Under the pieces are notes generated by a model. It did not search any database. It was not told where the DNA came from and worked only from the letters and a program-made list of their open reading frames with translations. The translations under genes and the position numbers were made by a program. From positions 13,523,761-13,587,760 of the forward strand of contig CM119268.1 of the NCBI GenBank assembly GCA_051294375.1: a stretch of 64,000 nt of DNA, read 5' to 3'. The stretch comes from Paraspadella gotoi (lineage: Eukaryota > Animalia > Chaetognatha). The stretch's first letter is position 1. The number at the start of each line of letters is the position of its first letter. Below are positions 33,275-47,547 of the stretch, one piece after another.

Positions 33275-33994
33275 TTTTTTTTTAACTGCGTCTATAAGTT
33301 TTTTTAAAACTTTTCTTTTTTTTCTCAGTCTTATTCGATTGTTTTCAATTTTCTTCGTACATGATATGCTTGGATACATTTCTATCGATTTTTTGGGTTG
33401 CATGCAAGCTCATTCTAACCCTTCTAACAGCAAAAGAATTCAATTGATGAGGTGGCCTCTAAAAGCTAAGTTATTGCCCACGCTTATGAATTGAACTTAA
33501 ACAGATTAAATATCGTCGTCGAAAATTAAAAATAAAGTTTAAAAAAATTTTAATACAAGTTAAACGAAAAATAAATAGAAAACTACAGCAGCCATAAATA
33601 AAAAAAAAGGAACTGAACTTCTTCGCTTGTAAGTTAAGTCTTAGGAAAACGTCGAAAACAGATACATAAAATACTTGACACAAAGACATTTAAAATCGAT
33701 TGAGGCAATGAGGGGCAAAATTTTTTTTTTCGCCTCACAGTGACCCTGTTTCCGGTTCACGAGCTGCCAGCGTCGCATCACTTGAAGGAAAAATGAAAGA
33801 TATTTGAGACGAAACAAATCACTGACGACGAAAAAAAGACACACAATCTTTGGTGATTATATCACGAGTCGTAGAGGAAGATGGAGGAAACAATTTCGTA
33901 GCAAGAGAAACAAGATGGGAGTCGAGAAATTTGCGGATGGTTTTCGCTTTCGATACAATTTTTCGACGTATGTGCTGTGTGATGGAGGGAGAGA

Positions 33995-34109
<115 letters not shown>

Positions 34110-34183
34110 GAAGCGCAGATGACGAGGGGGGCTCAAAAGGACGAGAAGAGATAACCGACGAGAGCGTGAAGTGGTCCAGACAT

Positions 34184-34790
34184 TTCTCCGAAACCTAGAG
34201 AATTTTTGGATTGTTCGTCCAGCCTTGACACTTAAATTACGGCGATATCAAATGAATTATAATTGTAAGTAAGTTGATTTTGTGTGGTGTGTTTTTTACT
34301 TATTCACGCCCACAGTACTGCCCTTCTTTGTTTTGATTGGATCAGCACGAGAAAACGATATGATCCCTTCTTGGAATTGGGCCGTCCTCGGCTGCGGCGC
34401 CTGCTGCGGACGACGTCTACCTGCCTGATGTCAGAACGGGATAGCTGCGAATCCTAGGCGCTGCGTCTTCTGCTGTGTTCTAAGTCTAAGCGACCTTTAA
34501 GAAGAGAGAGAGAGAGAGAGAGAAGAAGAGAGAGAGAGAGAGAGAGGAGAGAGGAGAGAGAGAGAGAGAGAGAGAGAGGAAGGAGGAGGAACGGCAATCC
34601 AAGAAGGATCATATCGTTTTCTCAGTGCTGATCCAATTCAAAACAAAGAAGGGCAGACTGTGGGCGTGGAATAAGTAAAAAACACACACACACAAAATCA
34701 AACTTACTACAATATAATTCATTTGATATCGCCGTAATTTAAGTGTCCAAGGCTGGACGACAATCCAAAATTCTCTAGGTTTCGGAGAAT
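34184..34790. repeat. ~200-bp inverted repeat with noisy spacer
   Basis: 34184-~34390 is the reverse complement of ~34585-34790 with scattered indels, directly before a 25-N gap. Confidence 0.8.
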
Positions 34791-36082
34791 CGTNNNNNNN
34801 NNNNNNNNNNNNNNNNNNCTGGCCTTGACGCTGCAGCCCCGCTCGGCTGCCGCGTCGGGCAGCTTCATATCCATCGCTTTTTTCTGCTTTAGTTTCCTCT
34901 TTCCGCTGCTTCGGGCCAATTTTTGGATTTCTCGACCAATAAGAGTGGGTTTAGTCGCGTTAACGAACGTCAAAGCTCAAGTATCACCGGCCAATGGGAA
35001 ACGGCTAAAACTAACGACGTAGTTAATGGTACCGCCAGTGGTGTTTTCAACTTGCCGAACTCGCACCGAGCTTTCGAAGTGTTTGTTCTCTCTTTTTTCT
35101 TTGTTTATTTTTTTTTTTCTCCAGAGGTGAAGGCCAACGAGTTGGCTGGAAATTAATTGGCCATAAACATCAACCCTTCGAGACGACAAAATCGCGTCTC
35201 TCTATTCATCTGCAATTTAAAACCATAAAGTCTGCCCCCGCAAAGGTTGAGGGGGAGAGGGGAAAGGGGAGAGATATGACTAAGATGAAGAATTAACGCT
35301 TTGGATCAAAACAAGGGATTCCTTTTTGACAAAACTCATTGCAAGCATTTGACGCTTTGTTTCTTGATTTGGAAAATCGTTACTTACGCGATGTACAATT
35401 CGGCTAAGTTGGGAGGATGAAATGTAAGTCTAAATTAAACGCGGACAAGGACTTGGGCGATATTAAAACGGAAGGAAATTTATGAAAGATTTTCCATCCA
35501 TTCAAGAGTCATTTTGGCTAAATTGGGAAATCCGAATGGAACTTACTTCCGGAATCTTGCGAGCTTGCATTCGGAGAAGATCCAATTCCCGGTTCTCTTT
35601 GGCATCGTTGCATCTGTTGCGACGCGAGCACGTGTGGCCCAAGGGGCACCTGACCAAAAGTTTTCAAAATTTGTTTTTTTAAGACAACATTTCTTCATAA
35701 AACGATTTCCCAACATTTAAGCCTGATGAATCCATATAACTGGGCCTTTGCTCCTCGGGATCAGCACTTGCGGTGAGCCGGACATTTTGTTCCCAGGTGA
35801 AACTTCACAGGAGAATTAGGTTGTGATTCTTTTTGCCTCTATTTTATCCGAGAAACTGTAGTGGAAAAAATGAAAAGTATTGCGAAAGAGGAACGAAAAA
35901 CGCACGATGAATGAATGATGATTATAATACATGATGGGTGAAGATGACGATCATGAGATCCGCGAATGTCTGTGATATACTTCGAATTCACGTGATAAAT
36001 GAAGTCACGCGATGGAGAATCCGGCAAAAAAATGGGGATTTTCTCCACCCGCGCCCATGAAAATTAATTCTTAAACAAAGTA

Positions 36083-36966
36083 GAATTTTTAATTTTACTG
36101 TATTTTTATCCGAGCCTTGACCGGCCGAAGCCGGGTCAGGCCTCTATAATGTTTTAGGTTTGAATTCTTTGTGCGTAGTCGTCGTCGTCGTCGGCGTCAA
36201 CGGCTATTTTTTGTATAAAAACTACTGCGCTTTTATATTTGGCTGGGACTTCCGTTTTTTTTAAATAAAAATTATTATGAATATTATAAAGTTTTACAAA
36301 AGTGTGCCGATCATAGTAAGTTTAAAAAATTAGATATGGCATTATCAACTTGAAATAGCTTTGAATTTCTATTACATTTGGATTTAAGTATTTTTTTGTT
36401 TGAATTTGTCCATTTCCATTATTATTTACTGCAATATGCAAATGAGATATAGTAATCATTTATAATATCAAATTAGTATATAGAAATGCTTAAGCTATTT
36501 AACATTCAGTAAATATAATATGAAAGATGAAATTCAAAAATTTTTTTTAAAATTGTCCTAATAAAAATGAGGAACTCAAAAGATTTTTTTAATGAGAAGC
36601 TATATCTTAAATTTTAATACAAATAAAAATAAAATCTTTTACAGCTGCGATTGGAAAAAAATTGGAAAAGTTTCCAAATTGTAAACCATTGTAACATTTT
36701 TTGCCTTTCTTTTATTTATTTTTTAATTATATAATATTTTTTTTTAGGCGCTGCCTTTTCTGAATCGTTTAAAAAACGAGTTCAGTTTCTCTCTGTCTCT
36801 CTTGTGTGCGTCTCATTGCGTATCGTTCTTTTTTGAAAAATTCTGATTTTTTTTTTCTTCTAAAAAAAACATATATATTTGATCAGGCGGCGGCCTTTTC
36901 TGATCGTTTAAAAAAAAACAAAAACGAAGTGCAGGGCTCTCTCCTCTCTCTCCTCCGTCTCCTCCG

Positions 36967-36999
<33 letters not shown>

Positions 37000-39070
37000 T
37001 TTACAAAAAAAATTATTCACTATTGTTTTATCACCGTTTTTTGAAAAATTCTTATGGATTTCTTTCTCTAAAACTTTTTATTATCCCATTTAATTCCGGC
37101 GCTTCTTTCTCATACAAAATCCCAAATTTACATCTGAGATTTTCGTGGATTTTTTTGAGAAAATGTGAAAATAACTTACTTGACCTGGATTCGTGCCGTT
37201 GCGGGCAACGAGTAACAATGTCGAGGAACATGACTAATAACCGTTTGAATGGGCAACAGGAAACGTTACGTGTATAAAAAAAATCAACTTGACCGGATCA
37301 CGCCGATATAAACAAGAGTGACCTAATATTGCGTATCGTTGCGGGAAAAACTTTCTCTCTCTCTCGTTCCTCTCTCTCTCTCTCTCTCCGTTTCCTCTCT
37401 CCTCATCGTCTCTCTCGTCTCTCCTCTCTCTCTTTTTTTTTTACAAAAAAAAAAATTTATTCACATTGTAAACGAGTAAACGAGTTCCGGCTCTCTCCTC
37501 TCCTCTCATCTCTCTCTCTTCCTAATCTTCTCTCTATCTGTCTCTCTCTCTCTTTCTCTCTTTCTATCTCTTTTTTGTACAAAAATAATTTTTAGTCACC
37601 TTTTTTTCACCTCCGTCATTAACGAGTTCACGGCTCATCTATCTCTCTCTCTCTCTTTTTTTTTTTACAAAAAAAAAATTTTTAAGATCACTTTTTTTTT
37701 CACCAAGCGACGAGTAGAGTAAACGAGTTCCGGCTTGTTCACTTTCTCTCTCTCCATCATCAATTCTCTCTCTCTTCTCTCTCTCAATGTACGATCGTAT
37801 CGTTTTTTGGAAAATTCTTAAATTAATTTTTTTCCTTCTAAAACTTTTATTATCGCCATTCTATTTTTTTCTCTATACAAAATCCCAAAATTTACAATAC
37901 GAGATTTTCAATGAAATTCATTTTAGAAAAAAAATGCAGGCAATGTCACATGTACATCAAGCTTGCTGCTGTACATATAGCTGCTATATTGTCAAGGACA
38001 ATTGCGCGGACTTAATTTAATTGCATATATAACTTTCTACAAAAATTTTTTTGTTTTTGTTTATTACTGTAACTTTGGACCGGTCGGCCCACTATTGGCA
38101 AATTATATCTAAAATAGGAGTTGAGAGAGAGATATTGTCAAATTAAACATTATTTTGTTAAATTCTAACAATTTTTACAAATTTTAAAAATGTAAATTTT
38201 TTTAGTGTATATATTTAATCATTTTATTCTTTTTTAAAATAATAATATTTTGAAGTTGGATACCAATATTTATAAATTTAGTTAAATATGACAAATATGA
38301 AATTTGACCTCGGTCTGGTTTCTTCTTAAAAAAAGACAATCTAAAATTTCAATTCAAGATTAAAACTTTTTAAAGATGAGGACCTAAAATTTTTTGATAA
38401 GTAAAAAAAATATTAGAAAGGAAAAGAGTTCGTCCACGCAGATACGTCGAAAAAACCGAGTTCAGCTTGCAGGGCGGTCCAGCCTTCTCTCTATCTTTCC
38501 TCTCTCTCCTCTCTTCTCTCTCGTCCCTCTCTCTCTCTCTCCCTCTCTTCCTCCCTCATCTCTCTCTCATCTCTCTTTTTTTCTTATCCCATTTATACCG
38601 CCATATTATTCCGCGCTTTTTTCTCATACAAAATCCAAATTTACCATCCGCGATTTTCGTGAATTTTTTTTCACAAAAATTTGATTATCCTTTATAATAA
38701 CGAGAGTGAAGAACTGACCAGCCTATCTCCACTCTCTCACTCCTCTCCTCCATCTCTTCCTTCTCTCTCCTCCTCTCTCTCATTTCATACACGCAAATTG
38801 TTTGTTTTTATTTACGATGAATGATTCATTCGCGTCAATGAATGACTATCAATCGCATCAATGAATGATTATCATCATATCCATGAAATATTATATCACA
38901 TCAATGAAATGACTAATCATCGCATCATCAATTGATTATCAATGCACATCAGTTATTTGTTAATCATCGCATCAATTATTTGGTTAAATCATCGCATCAA
39001 TATTTGGTTATCTGCGCATCAATATTTGGTTACCATCGAAAGCGGCTCCGATCCCTATTGCTTTTAAGAA
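36083..39070 (+). mobile_element. Same HINE-like element inside the exact 5.2-kb duplicate
   Basis: Copy of 30287-33274 at offset 5796, identical wherever compared. Probably not an independent insertion. Confidence 0.55.
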
Positions 39071-39790
39071 TTTTTTTTTAACTGCGTCTATAAGTTTTTT
39101 TAAAACTTTTCTTTTTTTTCTCAGTCTTATTCGATTGTTTTCAATTTTCTTCGTACATGATATGCTTGGATACATTTCTATCGATTTTTTGGGTTGCATG
39201 CAAGCTCATTCTAACCCTTCTAACAGCAAAAGAATTCAATTGATGAGGTGGCCTCTAAAAGCTAAGTTATTGCCCACGCTTATGAATTGAACTTAAACAG
39301 ATTAAATATCGTCGTCGAAAATTAAAAATAAAGTTTAAAAAAATTTTAATACAAGTTAAACGAAAAATAAATAGAAAACTACAGCAGCCATAAATAAAAA
39401 AAAAGGAACTGAACTTCTTCGCTTGTAAGTTAAGTCTTAGGAAAACGTCGAAAACAGATACATAAAATACTTGACACAAAGACATTTAAAATCGATTGAG
39501 GCAATGAGGGGCAAAATTTTTTTTTTCGCCTCACAGTGACCCTGTTTCCGGTTCACGAGCTGCCAGCGTCGCATCACTTGAAGGAAAAATGAAAGATATT
39601 TGAGACGAAACAAATCACTGACGACGAAAAAAAGACACACAATCTTTGGTGATTATATCACGAGTCGTAGAGGAAGATGGAGGAAACAATTTCGTAGCAA
39701 GAGAAACAAGATGGGAGTCGAGAAATTTGCGGATGGTTTTCGCTTTCGATACAATTTTTCGACGTATGTGCTGTGTGATGGAGGGAGAGA

Positions 39791-39905
<115 letters not shown>

Positions 39906-40303
39906 GAAGCGCAGATGACGAGGGGGGCTCAAAAGGACGAGAAGAGATAACCGACGAGAGCGTGAAGTGGTCCAGACATAGTTTTAAAAAACTTATAGAC
40001 GCAGTTAAAAAATACTTTTGTTAAGAATTAATTTTCATGGGCGCGGGTGGAGAAAAATCCCCATTTTTTGCCGATCTCATCTTGACTCATAATCACGTGA
40101 ATTCGAGTGATGATCACAAGACATTCGCGGATCTCATGATCGTCATCTTCACCATCATTATTATAATCATCATCATCATCGTCGTTTTTCGTTCCTCTTT
40201 CGCAATACTTTCATTTTTTCCACTTCAGTTTCTTCGGATAAAAACTAAGGCAAAAAGAATCACAACCAATAATTCTTCCTGTGAAGTTTCAACCTGAACA
40301 AAA

Positions 40304-43180
40304 ATGTCCGGCTCACCGCAAGTGCTGATCCCGAGAGAGCAAAGGCCCAGGTATATGGATTCATCCGAAGCGTAAATGTTTGGGAAATCGTTTTATGAAG
40401 AAATGTTGTCTTAAAAAAACAAAATTGAAAACTTTGGTCAGGTGCCCCTTGGGCCCACACGTTGCTCGCGTCGCAAACAGATGCAACGACGCCAAAGAGA
40501 ACCGGGAATTGGATCTCTCCGAATGCAAGCTCGCCAAGATTCCGGGTAAGTTCCCATTCGGATTCCAATTTAGCCAAGATGACTTTGAATGGGATTGAAA
40601 TCTTTCATAAATTCCTTCCGTTTTAATATCGCCCAAGTCCGGTCGCGTTTAATTTAGACTTACATTTCATCCTCCCAACTAGTCGAATTGTACATCGCGA
40701 GTAACCACTTCAAATCAGGAAACAAACGTCACAATGCTTGCAATGAGTTATGTCAAAAAAGAAATCCTTTGTTCGATCCAAAGCGATAATTCCTTCGTCT
40801 TAGTCATATCTCTNNNNNNNNNNTTCCGGGTAAGTTCCCATTCGGATTCCAATTTAGCCAAAATGACTTTGAATGGGATTGAAATCTTTCATAAATTCCT
40901 TCNNNNNNNNNNNNNNNNNNNNNNNNNNNNNNNNNNNNNNNNNNNNNNNNNNNNNNNNNNNNNNNNNNNNNNNNNNNNNNNNNNNNNNNNNNNNNNNNNN
41001 NNNNNNNNNNNNNNNNNNNNNNNNNNNNNNNNNNNNNNNNNNNNNNNNNNNNNNNNNNNNNNNNNNNNNNNNNNNNNNNNNNNNNNNNNNNNNNNNNNNN
41101 NNNNNNNNNNNNNNNNNNNNNNNNNNNNNNNNNNNNNNNNNNNNNNNNNNNNNNNNNNNNNNNATGCTTGCAATGAGTTATGTCAAAAAGAAATCCTTTG
41201 TTTGATCCAAAGCGATAATTCCTTCATCTTAGTCATATCTCTCCCCTTTCCCCTCTCCCCCTCAACNNNNNNNNNNNNNNNNNNNNNNNNNNNNNNNNNN
41301 NNNNNNNNNNNNNNNNNNNNNNNNNNNNNNNNNNNNNNNNNNNNNNNNNNNNNNNNNNNNNNNNNNNNNNNNNNNNNNNNNNNNNNNNNNNNNNNNNNNN
41401 NNNNNNNNNNNNNNNNNNNNNNNNNNNNNNNNNNNNNNNNNAATTGCAGATGGAATAGAGAGACGCCGATTTTGTCGTCTCGAAGGGTTGATGTTGATGC
41501 CAATTAATTTTCCAGCCAACTCGTTGGCCTTCACCTCTGGAGGAAAAAAAAATAAACAAAGAAAAAAGAGAAGAACAAACACTTCGAAAGCCTCGGTGCG
41601 AGTTCGGGCAAGTTGAAAAACACCACTGGGTACCAATTAACTACGTCGTTAGTTTTAGCCGCTTTCCCATTGGCCGTGATACTTGAGCTATGACGTCGTT
41701 AACGCGACTAAACCCACTCTTATTGGTCGAGAAATCCCAAAAGGGCCCGAAGCAGCGGAAAGAAGGAAACTAAAGCAGAAAAAAGCGATGGATATGAAGC
41801 TGCGACGCGGCAGCCGAGCGGGGCTGCAGCGTCGAGGCAGCGGTCGGTGCGGGCTGCGACCAGCTGGGGAAGGTTACCACGATTACCACCATTGCGGCCA
41901 ATAATATATCAATGTTCACAAGTATTTTAGGTAAAACTTATCGGTTTACTGGAAGAAAACTCCAAAATAAAAAGGATACACGCTGATCGCTGAACAGTGA
42001 ACAGTGAACACACAACGCTGAGAATTTAAACCATTGATTTTGAGAATACCTCAGACCACCAAGGAAGTCCCATCTGATTTTCGATGTTTATCTTTAACTT
42101 TTAACTTCCTAACCTTTAGTTCTGAGATACCAGCCATTTTCGTTCACCTTACCACATTTCTTCTTTTTCTCCCCATTTACAAAGATGAAGAAGGCTCGGG
42201 GAAAATCACTTCCCGCGGTCGCTTTTTAATTGTCGCCATTTCCATCCATTCGAAGCCCAAGTGGGAGATTTCCCCCGGGCTCAATCTGGGGAGAGTGTTG
42301 AGCTGTGGTCGGTGCGATAAAAGGTGTGAAGGAAAAACAATTTTGAGAAAAGTTGATGCAATTTTCGCGAGTTATATGATAATTGATAATACAAATTGAA
42401 AATACATGCAAGGTATTCAAGCACTGTGTCAGAAATATGTATTAAATGAAAGCTTGTGGCAGGGATATTTTGGGCCGGGATCTGATGGAATGAAAACACC
42501 TAAACGTTGTGGAATAATGGCAACAATTCTCGCTTTTTTTCTTTCGTTTTCATATTTCTTTATATCGAAGGTTTTCTCTTTTTTTTTTCTTAAAATATGT
42601 TGAATATGTTAAACTACTTGGCGTCTATTTGATTTTGGTAATGGATTTCGATAATGGATAATGGATTTTGATAATGGATAATGGATTTTGATAATGGATT
42701 TTGATAATGGATGATTTTCGAACAAATTTTTTTATTATATTATGTGAGAAACGTCATCAGTACAGTAATTAGCACCAAACTATCCATTATAAGTCTTCAA
42801 CCTTTCGCAATTAGTGAATAATCGAGATTTAATATCTTTAAACGTATGTTCACATCTGTTCGCATCCATTCACAGAAGCGATATTCTTCTTGATGCGACA
42901 CACTTCCGTGACTTGCTTCAGTCTCGCCGACAACGTGCTTAGAACCGTTCCGGGAAAAGTCGCAACCAAGTGAGTTACTTTTTCATCATTAGTATGTTTG
43001 TTAATATTAAATTAGTATCGCTACTGTAACAAGGGAGCGAGAAGGGTTAAATTATGCGATGTTTTTCGACTTCCCTGCTATTTTTTCGTTATTTATTTTT
43101 TTTTTCTTGCCGAAATTTGGAAACGGCGCTTTTGATGTTATCTCATCTTATATTTTTTTTAGAATCATCATCGTCATCGG

Positions 43181-43219
<39 letters not shown>

Positions 43220-45589
43220 GACGATCATCAATATCAACAAAGATATCCCTATCCACTAACATCATTCAAAAAAAAAATAAGACAATGATTAACATAAAAA
43301 TATAAGAAAGTCATTAATGTTATAATTCTTTCGCTCTACCCATTTTTCTCCACTCCCCCAAACCATCAGATTCGCCCACCTCGAGACGCTCAACTTGACC
43401 CACAACAAATTGACCACCCTCCCCGAGGAATTCTCCAACCTGACCCACCTCAAGCGGCTCAACATCTCCCACAACAACTTCCTGCAGATGCCGTCGGCCG
43501 TGCATCGGATGAGCAGGATCATCGAGGTGGAGGCGGCGAGTAACCAAATCGCCGGTGAGCTTATTGATTACCGGAGATTGGTGATTGTGGGAGAACCTCG
43601 TTGACTGAACGTTTCTAATTTAAATTTCGTTAAGTTAATCACTTCCTGTAGGATCGTTGATTCGGTCATTTCCCCAAAAAAACTCAGATTCTCGATTCGA
43701 TTCCAAATATCGATAATATAATATAATATAATAAGATAATATTTATTTTTGCCATTTCTAAGATGACCGCTGATCGAGTCGTATCTTTCGCTCTTATGAT
43801 CTTATCCCTATCGTACAGCGTAGACTGTTAATGAATCCCAACGAGCCGATCCAAAATGGCGCCGAAACTTCTAACGCTCATGTTCTTTTGTTTTGAGTCT
43901 TTCCTTTTGGCATTGTTCGTTTGCCCATTCGAGGCCGTTTGTGGCCGGCGTTTTATCCGAATGGTTCTTGAGAGAACAATATCGTTATTTATAGGAAGGA
44001 ATGATGAATGCCTCAAAACTGGCAACAGTTTCGTCGTAAAGACTGACTTCGAAAATAGTTTTTGAAGGGTCGGGTATGCGGGAGGGAGGAAGGCTGGGAA
44101 AGGGAAAGAAAAAAAAATCGAATGCTGTGTTCATTAAATTTTTAATATATAATAAATTAATAATGTATGATATCGTACGTGATATGATGATTGAAAGTTA
44201 AGATATTTTTTTTAACAAAAACATAGTTTTTAATTTGTTATTTAAATTTCGTACCTTTGATTAAGAAAGTTTAAACAGTTTGCCAATTGCAAATAAGAAT
44301 TGTTTACGTTGGGTTCTAATTGGTCGGTCAATAGATGGGAATCGCGTGATGCGAAAAGGTCTTTGCGTTGGCAAACGTCATCGTCCATTGTTGAAACACG
44401 AGATGAGCCGCGTTTTGCGAGCGCCGGTTAATATAGGGACAGACGATGCCGAGCCACAGGATGATGGAAGGGAAGCTTTAAACGTGAATTATAAATTAGC
44501 AAGGGTTAAACTTGAAGCGATGTTTTTGGGTAAAAAAAAAAGGTGAGGAAAACGAGAACGGTGATTCCAATGCGTTGCGCCGCAGTGACTATTTTAATGT
44601 GTATGACATGATATGACATGACATAAAAACTTTCTTAGCCCTTACATTTATGACATGCACTGCATCGAAATTCTTTCTTTTATTCCTTTTAGTCTTAGGA
44701 TTTCCCGAAGGCGGCGCTAGCAGTCCCTTAGATTTGAGGTTTTTTCCTGTCTTAACAAATGAGCAACCAACTATAGGCAAATAATATGCAAGTGGGACAG
44801 ACCGACGGACACACATACCGACCGACAGACCGACAAAGTGACTTATAGAGTTGCTCCGTAACTAGAATGGGCGGATAGGATAATTTAGGCAGAAAAGGAT
44901 TTAGCGTTGATTTGTTAAGGGGTGTTACGCGACAGACGATGTGAGGTGTGAAAGGTTGAAATCGCCGTGAGCCGCGTCGTTTCTCTCACTTGATTTACGG
45001 CCTTTTTTTTTCTTTTTTTTTTGATTGCTTGTTTCCTTCATCGCCTCCCACCTACCTCCCGTTTATATTTTTCCTTTCCTTTTTAACAACCACCTAAAAC
45101 CCCGTCACTCTATGAGAAGGCCGTTGTTATGCAGAAAGACTAAGAGAGAAGAAGAAGGAAAGAGAGAAAGAGAAAGAGAGAGAGAAAAAAAGAATAAAAA
45201 AAAGTGTCGTTTATGCGCATGAATAAAGTATGAATTTCCTTTCTTTTTGTTTTTTTTCTACAGATTTGAATTTGATTCGTCTGAAGGGGCTGCCTCACCT
45301 CAAGCAAATCGATGTGAGGGAAAATCCCATTCGCCCGGCCACGAGAGAAGCCATCGTTTATGGTAATATCCGTGAATAACGTAGTATGAGAATAAAGCGG
45401 ACATTGAGTTATTGTTTTACTAATTAAGGACTGAAGCGTGATTGTTGTGACGTGCTGTTGTGACGTACAGTAATCGATATTTTTAACTTATTATGTATTT
45501 ATTCTATAATATTGAATTTAGGCGATCTGAAGTTCGAAGTCAAAATTTCCGACGTCGAAGACTCGGACGATTTCGACGAAATGGATTAA
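40304..45589 (+). CDS. LRRC20: Leucine-rich repeat-containing protein 20
   Basis: Exons 40304-40350, 40442-40545, 42876-42969, 43370-43554, 45264-45362 and 45522-45589 (TAA) are all phase-compatible. Protein: MSGSPQVLIPREQRPRCPLGPHVARVANRCNDAKENRELDLSECKLAKIPEAIFFLMRHTSVTCFSLADNVLRTVPGKVATKFAHLETLNLTHNKLTTLPEEFSNLTHLKRLNISHNNF...RENPI...LKFEVKIS. The VARV...LDLSECKL...LMRHT N-terminus is characteristic of LRRC20. Confidence 0.9.
42639..42712 (+). repeat. GATAATGGATTTT-type minisatellite
   Basis: Tandem ATAATGG / ATAATGGATTTTG units in LRRC20 intron 2. Confidence 0.8.
44549..44868 (-). mobile_element. Short HINE/Helentron-type element in an LRRC20 intron
   Basis: Minus strand reads TAGTTACGGAGCAACTCTATAAGTCACTTTGTCGGTCTGTCGGTCGG (short palindrome plus GTCG/GTCT microsatellite). 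The partner motif GTTGCG at ~44573 is near the other end. Confidence 0.5.
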
Positions 45590-46486
45590 AATAAAGTCAA
45601 AAAATTCAATAATAAAGTTATATATACATTGAGTGATTAACGAATTCCAATTTGTTCCCCTTCCCGTTTGGCTGCTGCCAAATTTTGATACCAAATTCTG
45701 ACATGTCCTAATCTGACTAATGTTTCCTTGTACTTATTTATTTTATCGATGATACTTTACAAGTAATATATTTTTTGAAAAATTCGTTTGCATATCAGAG
45801 AAAAATTCCGCACTTGTCTATTTGTTGATGTACTTTCTCGAGTAAATTCGTGCTTTAGTTTTTTCACCCTTTGCTAATTTTTTTTTTATTTGAATGATTT
45901 TTGTAAGTGGGAGAAAATAAATTTAACAAACCGTCTTAAAACTAATGATATTGGTGGTTTATTTCATTTTTCTCCCATTTTTAAACTTTACTTATAAATC
46001 TTGTTGTTTAAAATTATGCCGTATGTTTTTGACAAAAAAAAATTGCATGTTTTTGAATAACTTTTTTTGAGTTATCTTTGCACTTAATAATTGACCTATT
46101 TATGATGTACATGTATTACGTATTTTTCTTCCGTTAATTCTATTTTCTCTGCACGTACTTATAATGTCAGATTTAATCTTCTATTTTTAAAGTAAGTGTT
46201 TTTATCACCATTATGAGTATATTTCAATTTATGGCTCTCTTAAATCATTTTTAATTTGTTGTTTTCTCTCAGGATAGACACGGTAGACATGATAGAAAAG
46301 ATTTCAGAAGATAAAAAAAATAGAAATGAATAATTTTGGAAGACCCTAGAATAGACAAATTAACGAATCACCGATTGTAAAATTCATTAGAATTCTTAAA
46401 ATAGATTGGTTTCATACTACGTGATTCCGTTGTATCATAACTCAAAGCTCAAATCGCGAAGAATCATTTCTCACGCTTCGCTTGAC

Positions 46487-47547
46487 CATGTGGATCTGAA
46501 GATTGTTGCTGTTCTGTCTCCATCGCCGCCGCAGCCGCAGCCGCAGCCGCAGCCGCAGCCGCCTCCTCATCGCGCTTCTCGTCGGTAAAAGAGAAGCCCT
46601 AGGCCTTGGAGGGAAAGGACGCGAAGAGAGTGACAATCAAGTTCGCCGGCGAATTGGGCGTCGATATTAAAATTAAATAACAAACTTTCTGTTACAATTT
46701 TATTTTGTTATTTTTTGAATTATACTTGTATTCACGGTATAAAAAGCACGGAATGAAAATGAGGATGAAAAATCGAAAATCCTGATGACATCGACGAAGA
46801 CAACTGACTCGATCGGATTTGTTCAGTGGAAGCCTCTTATGTTTCTGACTGAAGACATCTCAAGAAATTGAATTTAATGGAATGTTGAAAAGATAGGAAA
46901 AAGGACGGGATGGAGAGGGAGAGGAGAGGAAGAGAGAGGGAGAGGAGAGAGAGATAGAGAAGAGGAGAGAGATGTTCTAGTTTCTTTTCCCGGCGTCATT
47001 AGGGGTTATTGTCTATTGCTTTTTTATTCTTCAGAATGTTAAAAAAAAAAAAAAAATGAAAAAAAAAAAGTTAAAAAGAAAAGGAGGAGAAATAAAAGCG
47101 ACGACGACATCAAAAGCGAAATGTAGGAGAGAGACCGAGACGCAGACGCAGACAATAACATGTAGTGAATTTGTTTTAAGATTGACTTATTCTTTAAACG
47201 AAACTAGTTTATGAATCTGGTATATAAATTGTTATAGTGATAAACTTCAACAATAAAAATAAAATAAAATTAAACCAGGGACAAGGCAAAGAACTAGAAG
47301 TAAAGAGAGAGATAGATAGATTATGGCTTTGCTCAATCGCAAGTTTGATTGATTGATGGATTGATTGATTAAATGATTGGTTGATTGCAAACTTACAAAA
47401 CTTTTGACGAGCTGATTCTGCCTTGTTCTGGATATATTCTCCTTTCAACATCTGAGGCGTATGTAATTCTCTTACGCTCTCACTCTCTCGCTCTCCAGAT
47501 CTTTGGATCCCTCGCTCGTTGTTCCGGTTCTCAGATCACAAATTCCC
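46487..47547 (-). CDS. Tentative upstream exons of the CBARP-like gene
   Basis: Candidate exons are 47547-47397 (SKDLESERVR/RKRITYASDVERRIYPEQGRISSSKV, needing a 1-nt indel in a GA run), 46848-46809 (FQKHKRLPLNKSDR) and 46598-~46487 (GFSFTDEKRDEE-polyAla-METEQQQSSDPH). They have GT-AG ends, mutually compatible phases and loose similarity to recalled CBARP QDAETERF...RRVSF...RRYTLTE. The phase link to exon 28014 is unresolved. Confidence 0.4.

Noticed and set aside
40540-41245. Short direct repeats (40540-40618 vs 40824-40902; 40734-40813 vs 41164-41240)
   Set aside because: These are overlapping contig fragments separated by N gaps; the 29-kb copy shows the sequence once.
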